Below are positions 25,957-36,409 of a stretch of DNA of 64,000 bases, in pieces; position 1 is the stretch's first letter; each line of letters opens with the position of its first letter. Made by a program: the position numbers and the translations under genes. The notes under the pieces were generated by a model that searched no databases, was not told the origin of the DNA, and saw nothing but the letters and a program-made list of their open reading frames with translations. The DNA comes from an uncultured Eggerthella sp. (GTDB lineage Bacteria > Actinomycetota > Coriobacteriia > Coriobacteriales > Eggerthellaceae): the NCBI GenBank assembly GCA_900546175.1, contig URBX01000003.1:2224-66223 (forward strand), in the 5' to 3' direction.

Positions 25957-27468
25957 GTGATTAAATTCTTACGAATGGAACAGATACTAATGCAATTAAA
26001 ATCTACCTCTCACTATGGTTCAAAAGTACTACTTTGCATCATGGCATTTTTAGTAGCGCTTACCGCTCTCATAGCGTTTGCTCCTCAGCAAGCTTACGCT
26101 CTCGATACCGCTAAATGCACTGCTCGCCCAAACGCGGATACTGGCTCAGATGTATTAGGCGCCACTGAAACGCGCATCACCTGGGAAGGACAAGCTGCTT
26201 CCAACGAGCAAGTTAAAAGCATCAAGATAACCATTCCTGAGGGCGTTGATTTCGCCTTGAAAAATACTCGTCTAACCGTATTGACGGGTCCAGACTTAAT
26301 GACTCGAAGCAATCCAGAAGTTGACTTCGCTAAAGAGGGACAAAACTTAGTAGCTACCCTCTCCCAACCTTCCGAGCCGGGAGCTTACTTCCGCATTGAA
26401 ATTTATGGCGTTTATTTCCCTGCTGAAGGAGGAAGCTACACACTTACGGGCACCTATGCTAATGAAAAGGGAGAAACCCTTTCGCTCGGTACCATTCCTG
26501 CTATTTCGGTTGTGGGAGTTTCCATTACCGACCAGCTTGCAACATGGCTTAATAACCAAGATTGGGTTAAAGCATGGAACGAAGTGAAATTCCTTCACCT
26601 ATTTTTAGATCCAGCGTTGCTCGTTACCAGCTTGCCGGTAGTATTCCAAGGCTTCCTTATGGCCTTAGCAATCATTATTTGCGCATTTCCTGCCGCAATT
26701 CCTTTTGGTTTAATCCTGGCATTTATGCGTTTGTCTGAAAATCGCTTCCTACGTGGTTTAGCAAACATTTACGTAAACGTTATTCGTGGTACACCACTCT
26801 TCTTGCAAATCTATATTGCCTTCTTTGGTTTACCTTTAGCAGGCATCAATATTCCAAACTTCCCATTAGGTGTTGCGGTATTAGTCTTAAATTCAGCTGC
26901 TTACCAGTGCGAAATCTTCCGTGCAGGTATCCAGTCTATTCCTAAGGGTCAGTCTGAGGCTGCTCGCTCTTTAGGTATGACTAAGCTTCAAACCACCTTC
27001 AGCATTATCATTCCTCAAATGGTTCGTCGTGTTATTCCTACCATGACCAACGAATTCATCCTGCTCTACAAAGATACTTCCATGTTGGCAGCAGTAGGTG
27101 TAATGGAAATTGTTATGTACGCAAAGTCCATTGTTGCTTCAACAGGATCAATCACACCATACATTGTTGCAGCAATCTTCTACTTGATTATTACTATTCC
27201 TATGGCAAACCTCGTTGGTGTTATGGAGCGCAAGCTTGACATGAACAAGAGCAACGAACAGCCAGCACGTAAAACAAAAAAGCTCTTCAAGCGTCACGAG
27301 ACAGGCACGGTTGCTACCGTAGCTGCTGTTGATGCAGAAGTTGCTGCGGGATATATTGCTACTCCAACCCAGGAACACGAGACAATGACCACTCCCGAGG
27401 GAGGACAGGGAGGACAAAAACCAATGGACTCCTCAAAAAAGCCTAACAAGGAGACAAACAATGAGTAA
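25957..27468 (+). CDS. Amino-acid ABC transporter permease (His/Gln/Glu type) fused to an N-terminal extracytoplasmic domain of about 170 aa and carrying a C-terminal tail
   Basis: Signal peptide ...[12 protein letters not shown], then a soluble domain, then permease TMs with the EAA loop [21 protein letters not shown]; exact start uncertain (25957, 25975 or 25990). Confidence 0.8.
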   Translation: MIKFLRMEQILMQLKSTSHYGSKVLLCIMAFLVALTALIAFAPQQAYALDTAKCTARPNADTGSDVLGATETRITWEGQAASNEQVKSIKITIPEGVDFALKNTRLTVLTGPDLMTRSNPEVDFAKEGQNLVATLSQPSEPGAYFRIEIYGVYFPAEGGSYTLTGTYANEKGETLSLGTIPAISVVGVSITDQLATWLNNQDWVKAWNEVKFLHLFLDPALLVTSLPVVFQGFLMALAIIICAFPAAIPFGLILAFMRLSENRFLRGLANIYVNVIRGTPLFLQIYIAFFGLPLAGINIPNFPLGVAVLVLNSAAYQCEIFRAGIQSIPKGQSEAARSLGMTKLQTTFSIIIPQMVRRVIPTMTNEFILLYKDTSMLAAVGVMEIVMYAKSIVASTGSITPYIVAAIFYLIITIPMANLVGVMERKLDMNKSNEQPARKTKKLFKRHETGTVATVAAVDAEVAAGYIATPTQEHETMTTPEGGQGGQKPMDSSKKPNKETNNE

Positions 27469-28195
27469 TGCAATGGTAAGCATTCAACATCTTGAAAAAT
27501 CATTTGGCGATACAAAGGTTTTGCGCGATGTAAATATTGAGGTTCAAAAAGGCGAAGTAGTAGTAGTTCTTGGTCCTTCTGGTTCTGGCAAATCAACCAT
27601 GCTCCGCTGTATCAACTTGCTTGAGAAGCCTACAAGCGGCCATATCTATATTGAAGGCGAAGAGATTACCGGGCCCAAAACCAATATCAATAAATTGCGT
27701 GAACATGTAGGAATGGTGTTTCAGCAATTCAACTTGTTCCAGCATCTCACTGCTAAGAAAAACATCATGCTCGCCCAACAGAAGGTTTTAAAACGTTCTG
27801 CCGAAGAAGCAGAGCGCATTGCTATGGAACAGCTTCGAAAAGTTGGTATGGAAGAGCGTGCTGATTTTTACCCAAGCCAGCTCTCCGGCGGTCAACAACA
27901 ACGCGTTGCTATTGCGCGTGCTCTCGCAATGGATCCGCATGTTATGCTCTTCGACGAAGCAACTTCTGCACTTGACCCAGAGTTGGTTCGTGATGTTCTT
28001 GACGTTATGCGCAACTTAGCAAAAGACGGCATGACTATGATTGTGGTTACCCACGAAATGGGATTTGCACGGGATGTTGCAGACCGCGTAATCTTTATGG
28101 CTGATGGCGTTGTTGAGGAAGAAGGCACACCTGAGGAAGTTTTCGATAACCCTCAGTCAAATCGTACCAAAGACTTCTTGGGTCACATTCGCTAA
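27461..28195 (+). CDS. Amino-acid ABC transporter ATP-binding protein (GlnQ-like)
   Basis: [35 protein letters not shown]; its start overlaps the permease stop. Confidence 0.9.
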   Translation: MSNAMVSIQHLEKSFGDTKVLRDVNIEVQKGEVVVVLGPSGSGKSTMLRCINLLEKPTSGHIYIEGEEITGPKTNINKLREHVGMVFQQFNLFQHLTAKKNIMLAQQKVLKRSAEEAERIAMEQLRKVGMEERADFYPSQLSGGQQQRVAIARALAMDPHVMLFDEATSALDPELVRDVLDVMRNLAKDGMTMIVVTHEMGFARDVADRVIFMADGVVEEEGTPEEVFDNPQSNRTKDFLGHIR

Positions 28196-28218
28196 TAGTA
28201 TATGCTTGGATTTACTGT

Positions 28219-28260
28219 CAGATGCTAGCTCTACCTATTAAAGCTAGCATCTGTTTTTTT
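28219..28260 (+). terminator. Rho-independent terminator after the ABC operon
   Basis: CAGATGCTAGCT-loop-AGCTAGCATCTG followed by T7. Confidence 0.7.
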
Positions 28261-28421
28261 AGGAAAAAGATAGAAGAATACCTGCTAAAAGAAACACACA
28301 AATACCCCAAGAGGCATAGTGCGCAAGCCTCTCAACAATAGAGTACGCTTTCATAGCGGCCTCCCTTTATAACCCTATTGAAATATAGTTTTATAGTGGA
28401 CGCTATAACAAAACAGAGACA

Positions 28422-29048
28422 TTAGACACTTTCAACCACAATAAGTTCTATCTGCTCTGCTGCTTTTTCAACTGCATCAGAAGCACATTCAACTGCACTT
28501 AAAAGCGAGTGAGCAATGTAGCGCTGTTCTGGAGAAAGATCGGTTCTACCATACAGCTCATGAACTCCTTTGATATACAGCTGGTCACACTTGCTCTCAA
28601 TATCCTGAGCTTGAATTAAGTAAAACCTAATCTGCTCATGTTGCCTTGAGTGAGAAGGAAGCAAATCTAGTGCTTCTTTCAAAGCTTGAATGCTCTTCAC
28701 TACCATCGAAATCATTTTGCAGCCCACTTCTTCAAGATAGCTGCAATGATAGTAATATGCCTTAATTGCAATATTCTCTACTGCGTCACTTACATCATCA
28801 AGGGCATTTGCCAAGGAAACCATGCTATTTCGCTCAAATGGAACAGAGAAATCTAAAAGCAGATGATGCTGAATCTTATGAGTTACTGCATCTGCGTCAT
28901 TTTCGATAGTATGAAGCGCATCCATTAAATCTTTAGTACCAAAATCCCCTACACTTACTGCGTTCTCCAAATTGCACGCCAGTTCAAAAGCAAACTCAAT
29001 CTGCTTTACATACGCCTCAAAATAGTTAAACCCACGTTCGTTACGCAT
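28422..29048 (-). CDS. DUF47 (PhoU-like) phosphate transport regulator family protein
   Basis: 208 aa, all-helical, the type usually paired with PiT phosphate transporters. Confidence 0.7.
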   Translation of the reverse strand: MRNERGFNYFEAYVKQIEFAFELACNLENAVSVGDFGTKDLMDALHTIENDADAVTHKIQHHLLLDFSVPFERNSMVSLANALDDVSDAVENIAIKAYYYHCSYLEEVGCKMISMVVKSIQALKEALDLLPSHSRQHEQIRFYLIQAQDIESKCDQLYIKGVHELYGRTDLSPEQRYIAHSLLSAVECASDAVEKAAEQIELIVVESV

Positions 29049-29271
29049 TAATAGCCCTCTCTTGTTGATATAGATAACAATCTTTCCTTTTACTGATTTT
29101 TTGTTTTAGCGGTATTTTTATATGACCGTACCAGAGTCATGCGATTGCAATATCGAGCTCTCTCAATCGCAGAGCTCTCTTTCGCGATTGCAGAATCAAG
29201 CTCACCAGAATAACTTCTTTTATCGAACGCTAATTGTGCAACCCTCCGCAAAGAAGGCGAAGAATCTATCA

Positions 29272-30321
29272 CTAAATGATTAGCAAGAAGAAGTACGTAA
29301 AGACATAAGCCAACAGACCGCATCCAGGGAAGGTAAGTACCCAAGTTAAAACCATTCTTCCTGCAAGGTCCCATTTAACCGCACGAATGCGCTTTTCGGC
29401 ACCAACGCCCATAATAGCGGTAGTTTTTGTATGGGTAGTTGACACCGGCATACCAGTAAATGTTGCCAAACCAATGCAGAAACAGGCAGAAAGACAAGCA
29501 GCAAAACCCTGATGATGCTCCATTTTCACCATATTCATGCCTACACTTTTGATAATTTTTCGGCCGCCTAACACGGTCCCCAAGCTCATTGTTAAGCTCA
29601 CAAGAATTACCAACCATAAAGGAAATCCGCTCATATCTGAAGAGCCATACACACCCAACATTATGCCAAGCATAGTTAAGCTGAGAAACTTTTGACCATC
29701 TTGAGCGCCGTGGAGAATCGCAACACCAGCACCCGCAACAATCTGTGCGTCCTTAAAGAATCTTTCAGCTTTTCTCCGTTGAATATCCTTGCAAGCTACC
29801 TTAATTAAGCGCGTAAAGAGCCAGCCAGTGCCAAAACCTAAACAAGTACTGATAAGCAAGCCGTAGATTACCTTTATCCACTGATCAAAGTTTACGCCTC
29901 CAAGGCCACCCTGAAGAGCAATTGCCGCTCCCGTGATGCCGGCAATAAGAGAATGGCTCTGGCTTGTTGGAATACCAAAAGCCCAAGCAGCTACACCCCA
30001 AACAATAATGGCCACCATTGCTGCCGCAAGCGCAACCAAAGCAGCATGATTATCTCCTCCAAAATCAACCATACCAAAAATTGTGCTTGCAACTGCAGTG
30101 CTTACCGCAGTGATGATGAGCATGCCAATAAAATTGCACACAGAAGCCATTATGATAGCGGGCATAGGGCGCATTGCGCGCGTTCCAACAATTGTGGCAA
30201 TTGCATTAGGAGCATCGGTGGCACCGTTAACAATAGTAGCACCCAAACAAAGCAGAATAATCAAACCAAGAATTGGGTCTGATGCAATAGCTCCAAATAC
30301 ACTCGCAATAGCGATATCCAC
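29272..30321 (-). CDS. Inorganic phosphate transporter, PiT family
   Basis: GATDAPNAIAT (G-A-N-D-V-A-N-like motif), repeated again in the second half; polytopic membrane protein. Confidence 0.85.
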   Translation of the reverse strand: MDIAIASVFGAIASDPILGLIILLCLGATIVNGATDAPNAIATIVGTRAMRPMPAIIMASVCNFIGMLIITAVSTAVASTIFGMVDFGGDNHAALVALAAAMVAIIVWGVAAWAFGIPTSQSHSLIAGITGAAIALQGGLGGVNFDQWIKVIYGLLISTCLGFGTGWLFTRLIKVACKDIQRRKAERFFKDAQIVAGAGVAILHGAQDGQKFLSLTMLGIMLGVYGSSDMSGFPLWLVILVSLTMSLGTVLGGRKIIKSVGMNMVKMEHHQGFAACLSACFCIGLATFTGMPVSTTHTKTTAIMGVGAEKRIRAVKWDLAGRMVLTWVLTFPGCGLLAYVFTYFFLLII

Positions 30322-30464
30322 TTATTTCTCCCTTCAATTTATATTCCTTCTGATTGTGTTCGGCACGTGTCAAACTGCCGAAAAAAGGATGTAAAGTCTT
30401 TGCAAAATTGAAGAGTTGGATATGGTATTGTCTGTTCATCCACTCTGTTTCAGAAAGGATTCAT

Positions 30465-30842
30465 ATGAAGGTACTTTTTTTAGAATACCCAAAATGCTCT
30501 ACCTGCAAAAAAGCACGAGCTTGGCTCGATAGCCACAATATCTCTTATACCAATAGACACATAGTAGAAGACAATCCAACTGCCGAAGAGTTAAAGGAAT
30601 GGCACCAGGCATCAGGGCTTCCTCTTCGCAGGTTTTTCAATACTTCAGGAATGCTCTACCGCGAGCTTGAAGTTAAAAAACAACTTGATGCAGGAATGTC
30701 TGACGAAGAAGCTTACCAGCTCTTGGCAAGCAACGGTATGCTCGTAAAACGTCCTCTCCTTATCATTGACGGCACCCCTCTGTTACCAGGCTTCAAAGAA
30801 GCACTGTGGGAAGAAGCGCTCTGTTCAAAAAAGGAGAACTAA
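30465..30842 (+). CDS. ArsC/Spx-family (thioredoxin-fold) protein
   Basis: MKVLFLEYPKCSTCKKARAWL with a CxxC motif near the N-terminus; RBS AAAGGA. Confidence 0.7.
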   Translation: MKVLFLEYPKCSTCKKARAWLDSHNISYTNRHIVEDNPTAEELKEWHQASGLPLRRFFNTSGMLYRELEVKKQLDAGMSDEEAYQLLASNGMLVKRPLLIIDGTPLLPGFKEALWEEALCSKKEN

Positions 30843-31732
30843 CTAACGTGAGCAATGGCGGCAGGGATGAAGGAGATAACATCCTCGGGGGTCACACATA
30901 TCTCAGTAAGTTCACGAGCCGCAAGATTACCCGCTTTCGCATGAAGGACGCTTCCTAAACACGAAGAATCGAAGGCAGTAAGCTCCTGGGATAAAAGTGC
31001 GGCAATCATCCCTGCTAATACGTCTCCCGTGCCCGCTTTCGCAAGAGCTGCTGTGCCCTGTGTCATGCAATACCATTGAGATTCATTAGCAATTACCGTA
31101 TCAGGACCCTTCAGCACAACCGTAGCTCCATATGCCTTTGCAAGCTTTTTTGCTTGATCTTCTTGCGCCTGCGCCTCAATACCAGCAGCCTTGCATAACC
31201 GTGCTGCTTCCCCTAAATGGGGCGTAATAATTAAAGGAATGTCCCGCTTCGCTCTTTCCTGCAAAAAGCCTTCACCTAAAAGAGGCTCACCACAAAATGC
31301 TTTATGCATATAAAAATCCGCCAAATGCCCTATTGCTCCTCCATCAATTACGGTTGGAACTTCGCACGCTAGCACTACCTCTAAAAGAGCTTTTTCTTGT
31401 TCTGCATTTGCGCCCATTCCGGGGCCAATAAGCACTGCAATGGGCTTATTTCGAGAAGAGAGAAGCTTTTCTCCCAGCTCGTCTTTATCCCAATTACCAA
31501 CTACCAATGAAGGATGACCTGCCCGCACATCGTGAATTGAATTTTCGTGGCACCAAACCTGGGTATACCCTGCCCCCATTCTTTGAGAAGCACCTGCTGC
31601 AAGAACCGCTGCTCCCGGGTATCGTTCACTGCCTCCAACTACGTGAACCACACCGCGTGAGTATTTATTGTCGGCATCATCAGGATAAGGAATAAGGCCC
31701 GCAATTTCTGATTCTAAATAGTCCACGCGCAT
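30839..31732 (-). CDS. ADP-dependent NAD(P)H-hydrate dehydratase (YjeF C-terminal / carbohydrate-kinase-like)
   Basis: KYSRGVVHVVGGS..., VLKGPDTVIA, GTGDVLAGMIAALL. Confidence 0.8.
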   Translation of the reverse strand: MRVDYLESEIAGLIPYPDDADNKYSRGVVHVVGGSERYPGAAVLAAGASQRMGAGYTQVWCHENSIHDVRAGHPSLVVGNWDKDELGEKLLSSRNKPIAVLIGPGMGANAEQEKALLEVVLACEVPTVIDGGAIGHLADFYMHKAFCGEPLLGEGFLQERAKRDIPLIITPHLGEAARLCKAAGIEAQAQEDQAKKLAKAYGATVVLKGPDTVIANESQWYCMTQGTAALAKAGTGDVLAGMIAALLSQELTAFDSSCLGSVLHAKAGNLAARELTEICVTPEDVISFIPAAIAHVS

Positions 31733-31825
31733 AACAAAGGCCTCCTTGCATTTACAAACTAGCGATTTGTTTTTTCGTTAATTATACTCTCAGGGAAAGA
31801 GCAGGAAAAAGACAGGGCTCAAATC

Positions 31826-32272
31826 ATGATTTACACCGAATTGACCAACAAGGCACTTCGCATTGCCTACAACGCGCACGATGGCCAAGTTGATGCTTGC
31901 GGACAACCTTATATTTTTCATCCTTTTCATCTTGCAGAACAGATGCCTGATGAAATTACTACCTGCATAGCACTTCTTCATGATGTGGTTGAAGACACCT
32001 CAATCACTTTTGAGGATTTAGCTCAAGAGTTTCCTTGCGAAATTATTGATGCGCTTCGCCTTCTTACACGCAAAAAAGACCAGGACTACTTTGAGTATAT
32101 CCAGGCACTTAAACACAACCCTTTAGCCAAAATAGTAAAACAGGCTGATCTTGCCCATAATTTAGACGCCACCAGGTTTTCAGGATGCAGCGAAATACCG
32201 CAAGACAAACTTGAAAAATGGCAAATCAAATATAAGTATGCACTACAAATTCTTACTTCACAAAACCTTTGA
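31826..32272 (+). CDS. Small HD-domain phosphohydrolase
   Basis: IFHPFHLA...LLHDVVEDT (H...HD) typical of HD hydrolases of the (p)ppGpp-hydrolase-like type. Confidence 0.7.
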   Translation: MIYTELTNKALRIAYNAHDGQVDACGQPYIFHPFHLAEQMPDEITTCIALLHDVVEDTSITFEDLAQEFPCEIIDALRLLTRKKDQDYFEYIQALKHNPLAKIVKQADLAHNLDATRFSGCSEIPQDKLEKWQIKYKYALQILTSQNL

Positions 32273-32474
32273 GAACCTACCTCTTTCGTGCTACAGTAAG
32301 AAAAGCGAGTACGGATAGGCCGCACTCTTGTTTTTCATCCAAGGGGATGTCTTTTTGGTCATTGTTCTGTAAAGAGCACTTAACGAAATAAAAGGCTTGA
32401 AAGGTAGTTGCCTGCCTTAGTTAGGTGTTGTCATTTTCTCAATAGTATTCAACTCTTTACAGAAAGACTTCATC

Positions 32475-33206
32475 ATGACATATACTCATTTTCCAAAAAC
32501 CCAAACCTTTTCAACAGACGTTGTTCGCTCAAAAATTATGGGGCCTAACCCTTTAAAGATTTGCGAAGAACTTCTTGAAGATACTTCCCTTCCGCAAGGC
32601 GCTACAATCTGCGATTTAGGAAGCGGAACAGGAATAACGAGCGTATTGCTTTCTCGGGAATTCGGATTTAACACCTATGCAGTTGACTTATGGAGCGATC
32701 CTGAGGAAAACATGCGCTTTTTCCAAGAAATGCAGGTTGACCAAGAGTTAATTCACCCAATTAAAGCAGATGCAAGCCAGGGGCTTCCTTTTCCGCATGA
32801 ATTCTTTGACGCAATAGTAAACATCGATTCATACAACTACTTCGGAAGAGATCCTCATTACTTGTCCGAAAAGCTCCTTCCTTATGTAAAAAACGGAGGA
32901 ACTCTTCACCTTGCTTTTCCTGGTGCAAAAAAAGACTTTCATAATGACATTCCTGAATGTCTTCTCAAATCATGGACGCCTGAACAATTAGACTACATGC
33001 ACGATTTGACCTGGTGGAAAGAGATTATCAGCAAAACCGAAGCTGTCGAAATTCTCGAGATGAAAGAGATGGCCTGCACGCAAGAAGCATGGGAAGACTG
33101 GCTTGTTTGCGAAAACGAATACGCACAATCCGATAGAGCTTCCATTGATGCAGGAGCTCTACACTATCTCAATACGCTCAGCATAACTTTGCGAAAAATT
33201 GGCTAG
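32475..33206 (+). CDS. Class I SAM-dependent methyltransferase
   Basis: Motif I ICDLGSGTGITS; acidic residue at the end of strand 2 (AVDL). Confidence 0.7.
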   Translation: MTYTHFPKTQTFSTDVVRSKIMGPNPLKICEELLEDTSLPQGATICDLGSGTGITSVLLSREFGFNTYAVDLWSDPEENMRFFQEMQVDQELIHPIKADASQGLPFPHEFFDAIVNIDSYNYFGRDPHYLSEKLLPYVKNGGTLHLAFPGAKKDFHNDIPECLLKSWTPEQLDYMHDLTWWKEIISKTEAVEILEMKEMACTQEAWEDWLVCENEYAQSDRASIDAGALHYLNTLSITLRKIG

Positions 33207-33310
33207 TTTCACCACTGTCTCGAAACGGTATGCCAGAAGAGCACAACAAAAAAGCTGGCAGGTTTAACCTGCCAGCTTCGTTTCACTCAAGTTATTTGGT
33301 TCCTCGGATA

Positions 33311-34111
33311 TTACCAAGTACGAGAGTTCATCTGACGGAACTGAGCAACTGTTGGTGCGTGAGAATTCATGCCACCATCAACATTAATGATCTGGCCAGT
33401 TACGTATTCGCTTTCATCAGCACCGAAGAATACTGCTGCATGAGCAATGTCTGCAGGTGCACCATAACGGTTGACCATAATGCTACCCAAGAAGATTTCC
33501 TTGAGCATATCTGGAACCTTAGCCTCATTATCAGGGGTAACAATCAAGCCTGGACGGATGCAGTTGCAGCGAATATTGTCTTTACCATACTGGAGAGCAA
33601 CATACTGGGTAAAGATGTCAACGCCTGCCTTAGCACATGCATATGCAGTAGAGCCCAAATCGCCTGCGCAAGAAGCCATAGAGCCAATGTTTACAATGGA
33701 TCCGCCACCATTCTCCTTAAGATATGGCAATGCGCACTTGGTAGCATAGAAAGTACCACGCAAGTCACTCTGGAGAATAGCATCCCACATTTCCAAGGTA
33801 AGCTCATCAACACGGCCGTCTTTCAAAGCAACATTAGCAGCGTTGTTTACCAAAATATCAAGCTTGCCGTATTCCTTCACGGTGTCAGCAATAAGAGCTT
33901 CGATGCTCTCTGGCTGAGTAATATCCATGAAGTGGTAGCTTGCTTTGCCACCCTCAGCAATAATTTCGTCAACTACGCCCTGACCCTTTTCCTGGCGGCG
34001 GCCACAAATTACTACCGTAGCTCCCTCAGCAGCGTATTCCTTAGCGATACCAATACCAATTCCGCTCGTAGAACCGGTAACGATAGCAATCTTTCCTGCG
34101 AGTCTACCCAT
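33311..34111 (-). CDS. SDR-family oxidoreductase
   Basis: KIAIVTGSTSGIGIGIA (TGxxxGxG), NNAA, and the catalytic YxxxK (YACAK); RBS AAGGAGGA. Confidence 0.85.
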   Translation of the reverse strand: MGRLAGKIAIVTGSTSGIGIGIAKEYAAEGATVVICGRRQEKGQGVVDEIIAEGGKASYHFMDITQPESIEALIADTVKEYGKLDILVNNAANVALKDGRVDELTLEMWDAILQSDLRGTFYATKCALPYLKENGGGSIVNIGSMASCAGDLGSTAYACAKAGVDIFTQYVALQYGKDNIRCNCIRPGLIVTPDNEAKVPDMLKEIFLGSIMVNRYGAPADIAHAAVFFGADESEYVTGQIINVDGGMNSHAPTVAQFRQMNSRTW

Positions 34112-34232
34112 AATTTCCTCCTTAAAAAAGTTACTGGTACTTTTATACTCCAAAACTAATGAGGTCAGTTTGAGGAAAACTATTTTCAATACCTATAGTT
34201 CGGTATTAGGCTCGATAACGCAGGTGCTTTGC

Positions 34233-35639
34233 TTAGTTCTCTTCTTTTCGAGGAAAGGTGACTACAAATTTTGCGCCCCCTAATGAAGAATCTTCCACCC
34301 TAATAGATCCATCCATGGTTTCTGCTGCATGTTTTGCAATAGCAAGACCTAAACCCGTACCTCCTGTTTCTCGAGAACGAGAAGGATCTACTCTATAGAA
34401 ACGTTCAAAAATACGGTTACGATGCACTGAATCGATTCCCGGGCCATCATCAGATACTTCAAGGGTAATAGTGCGAGAAGTGGCGATAAGCTCAATAAGG
34501 ACTTGCCCTGCATAGCTTCCATAGCGAATTGCGTTATCAATTAAATTGTACGCAATCTGCTCTGCAAGAGTTCTTGAACCAAAAACAAGGCAGGAGGAAT
34601 TGGGTGACCCTTCGCCAGAATAAGAAAAAACCAGGGATACTTCTCTATCTTGGGCAGACTGACTCAGGCGCTCTATTACACACTTACATACCTCCGATAA
34701 ATCGAAGAAAGCAAAATCCCTTTGAGCCCCTTCATCCAAACGGGAAAGCATCAAAACATCATCTATCAAATGCCTCATTACTTGAGATTCGCTTTTTATC
34801 AGTCCTGCAAACTTTCTTGTTTCCTCTGGACTTGAGACGCCGCTTTCAATTATTTCTGCATATCCGCTGATAACCTGAAGGGGAGATTTCATCTCGTGGC
34901 TTACATTGCCCGTAAATTCACGTCTTGCGTTCACTGCCTGCTCAAGCTGCTCATTCTGCTCGATAAGCTGACAGTGCTGGGCGGAAATACGGTTAAGAAG
35001 AGGCTCTGCCTCCACATACGTTTCGCTTTGAAGAGGTTTTTCTAAGTTGATAGAAAGAAGTGGTGCCAGCACTTTTCGTGTGGTTAATTTTGCCAACAAA
35101 AACGAGAAAGCAATAACTAAAACCACGATAAGCCCTAAAGGAACCATAAGATTACCCAAGTAAAACGGTAAAGACGTTCGCGTTTCGGATAATCTCAATA
35201 CATAGCCACGCTCATCAACCAACGTTGCAGCGTAAAGAGTGTCCGTCCCTGTTGTTTCCGATTTACGTAACACTACCGCACTCTTTTCATTTTTTGCTGA
35301 AACCACTTCTTCTCTATCAGCATGAGTTCCAAGAGTGGAGGCATCAGCTACGCTGTCGTAGAGAACCGTTCCGTCTTGATCAATGAGCGTAACTCTGATA
35401 TCGGCAAGCTCAAACGTAGACACTTTTTCGACCATAGCCTTTTCAGTTTTACCGAAAAGAGCATTTGCGCTTACCTCAGTTTGGGACACCAATCGCGCTT
35501 CAGCATCGGTTTCGTACGCAATCCAACTAACGCCCACCAAGGAAAAGGCCGTAATTAAACAAGCGAAAAGCGACAGACCAAAAATTGCGACAAAGAGTGA
35601 TTGAGAGAGTCTCTTTTTATGGTGGAACAATTTTCCCAC
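34233..35639 (-). CDS. Sensor histidine kinase (two TMs, periplasmic sensor, HisKA plus HATPase)
   Basis: H-box VSHEMKSPL; N/G boxes DNAIRY, DDGPGI, GGTGLGLAIAKH. Confidence 0.85.
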   Translation of the reverse strand: MGKLFHHKKRLSQSLFVAIFGLSLFACLITAFSLVGVSWIAYETDAEARLVSQTEVSANALFGKTEKAMVEKVSTFELADIRVTLIDQDGTVLYDSVADASTLGTHADREEVVSAKNEKSAVVLRKSETTGTDTLYAATLVDERGYVLRLSETRTSLPFYLGNLMVPLGLIVVLVIAFSFLLAKLTTRKVLAPLLSINLEKPLQSETYVEAEPLLNRISAQHCQLIEQNEQLEQAVNARREFTGNVSHEMKSPLQVISGYAEIIESGVSSPEETRKFAGLIKSESQVMRHLIDDVLMLSRLDEGAQRDFAFFDLSEVCKCVIERLSQSAQDREVSLVFSYSGEGSPNSSCLVFGSRTLAEQIAYNLIDNAIRYGSYAGQVLIELIATSRTITLEVSDDGPGIDSVHRNRIFERFYRVDPSRSRETGGTGLGLAIAKHAAETMDGSIRVEDSSLGGAKFVVTFPRKEEN

Positions 35640-35648
35640 AAGAAATCC

Positions 35649-36350
35649 TTAGGCTTTTCGAGAAATACGATAACCAACACCACGCACAGTCTCAATAACT
35701 GAACCGACACCAGGGGAAGCTTCATTAAGCTTCCTGCGAAGTGTTTGAATATGAGTATCAACTGTTCTTGTTTCCCCTGCAAAAGTAATGCCCCACACGT
35801 CCTCTAACAATTGAGAACGCGAAAAGACTTGATCAGGGCTTTTCATCAGTTTTTTGAGCAGGTCAAACTCTTTCACGGTAAGTTCAACTTCCGAATCTCC
35901 CACAAAAACATGATGGCCTTTTGGTTGCAAAGATATAAGGCCGCACGTAAGCGCTTGTTCTTTTTCGGACTGAGTGCCTGCTTGCGTTCCTGCTCTTCTT
36001 AAAAGAGCACGACATCTGCTCGCAAGCTCCATCATGCCAAACGGTTTAGCAAGATAATCATCAGCGCCCGCGTCAAGACCCATTACTTTTTCATATTCAG
36101 TACCCTTTGCCGTGAGCATCATTACCGGCACTTTGCACAGACGAGAATCGTTCCTAATCCACGATAAAAGAGAGAACCCGTCTTCACCAGGAAGCATCAC
36201 ATCTAGTAGCACAAGCTCCGGAAGCTGTTCTTCACATGCGCTACGAAATGATTCTCCCTCAGGAAAACCGCGCGCCTCCAAGCCCTGTGCGGCAAGAGCA
36301 TACAGAGCTAATTCGCGAATATTTGTATCATCTTCAACGTAATAAATCAT
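35649..36350 (-). CDS. OmpR-family response regulator
   Basis: REC domain (LLDVMLPGEDG) plus a winged-helix C-terminus; immediately upstream of the histidine kinase. Confidence 0.9.
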   Translation of the reverse strand: MIYYVEDDTNIRELALYALAAQGLEARGFPEGESFRSACEEQLPELVLLDVMLPGEDGFSLLSWIRNDSRLCKVPVMMLTAKGTEYEKVMGLDAGADDYLAKPFGMMELASRCRALLRRAGTQAGTQSEKEQALTCGLISLQPKGHHVFVGDSEVELTVKEFDLLKKLMKSPDQVFSRSQLLEDVWGITFAGETRTVDTHIQTLRRKLNEASPGVGSVIETVRGVGYRISRKA

Positions 36351-36409
36351 AGAAAACTTAGCAGCTCAATCTTTATAACTACCATTACGCATAAACAGCA
36401 TGGCAATAA

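Noticed and set aside
29090-29374. 94-aa minus-strand ORF between the DUF47 and PiT genes
   Set aside because: It overlaps the PiT 3' end and has no RBS. It is probably just the intergenic or 3' region.
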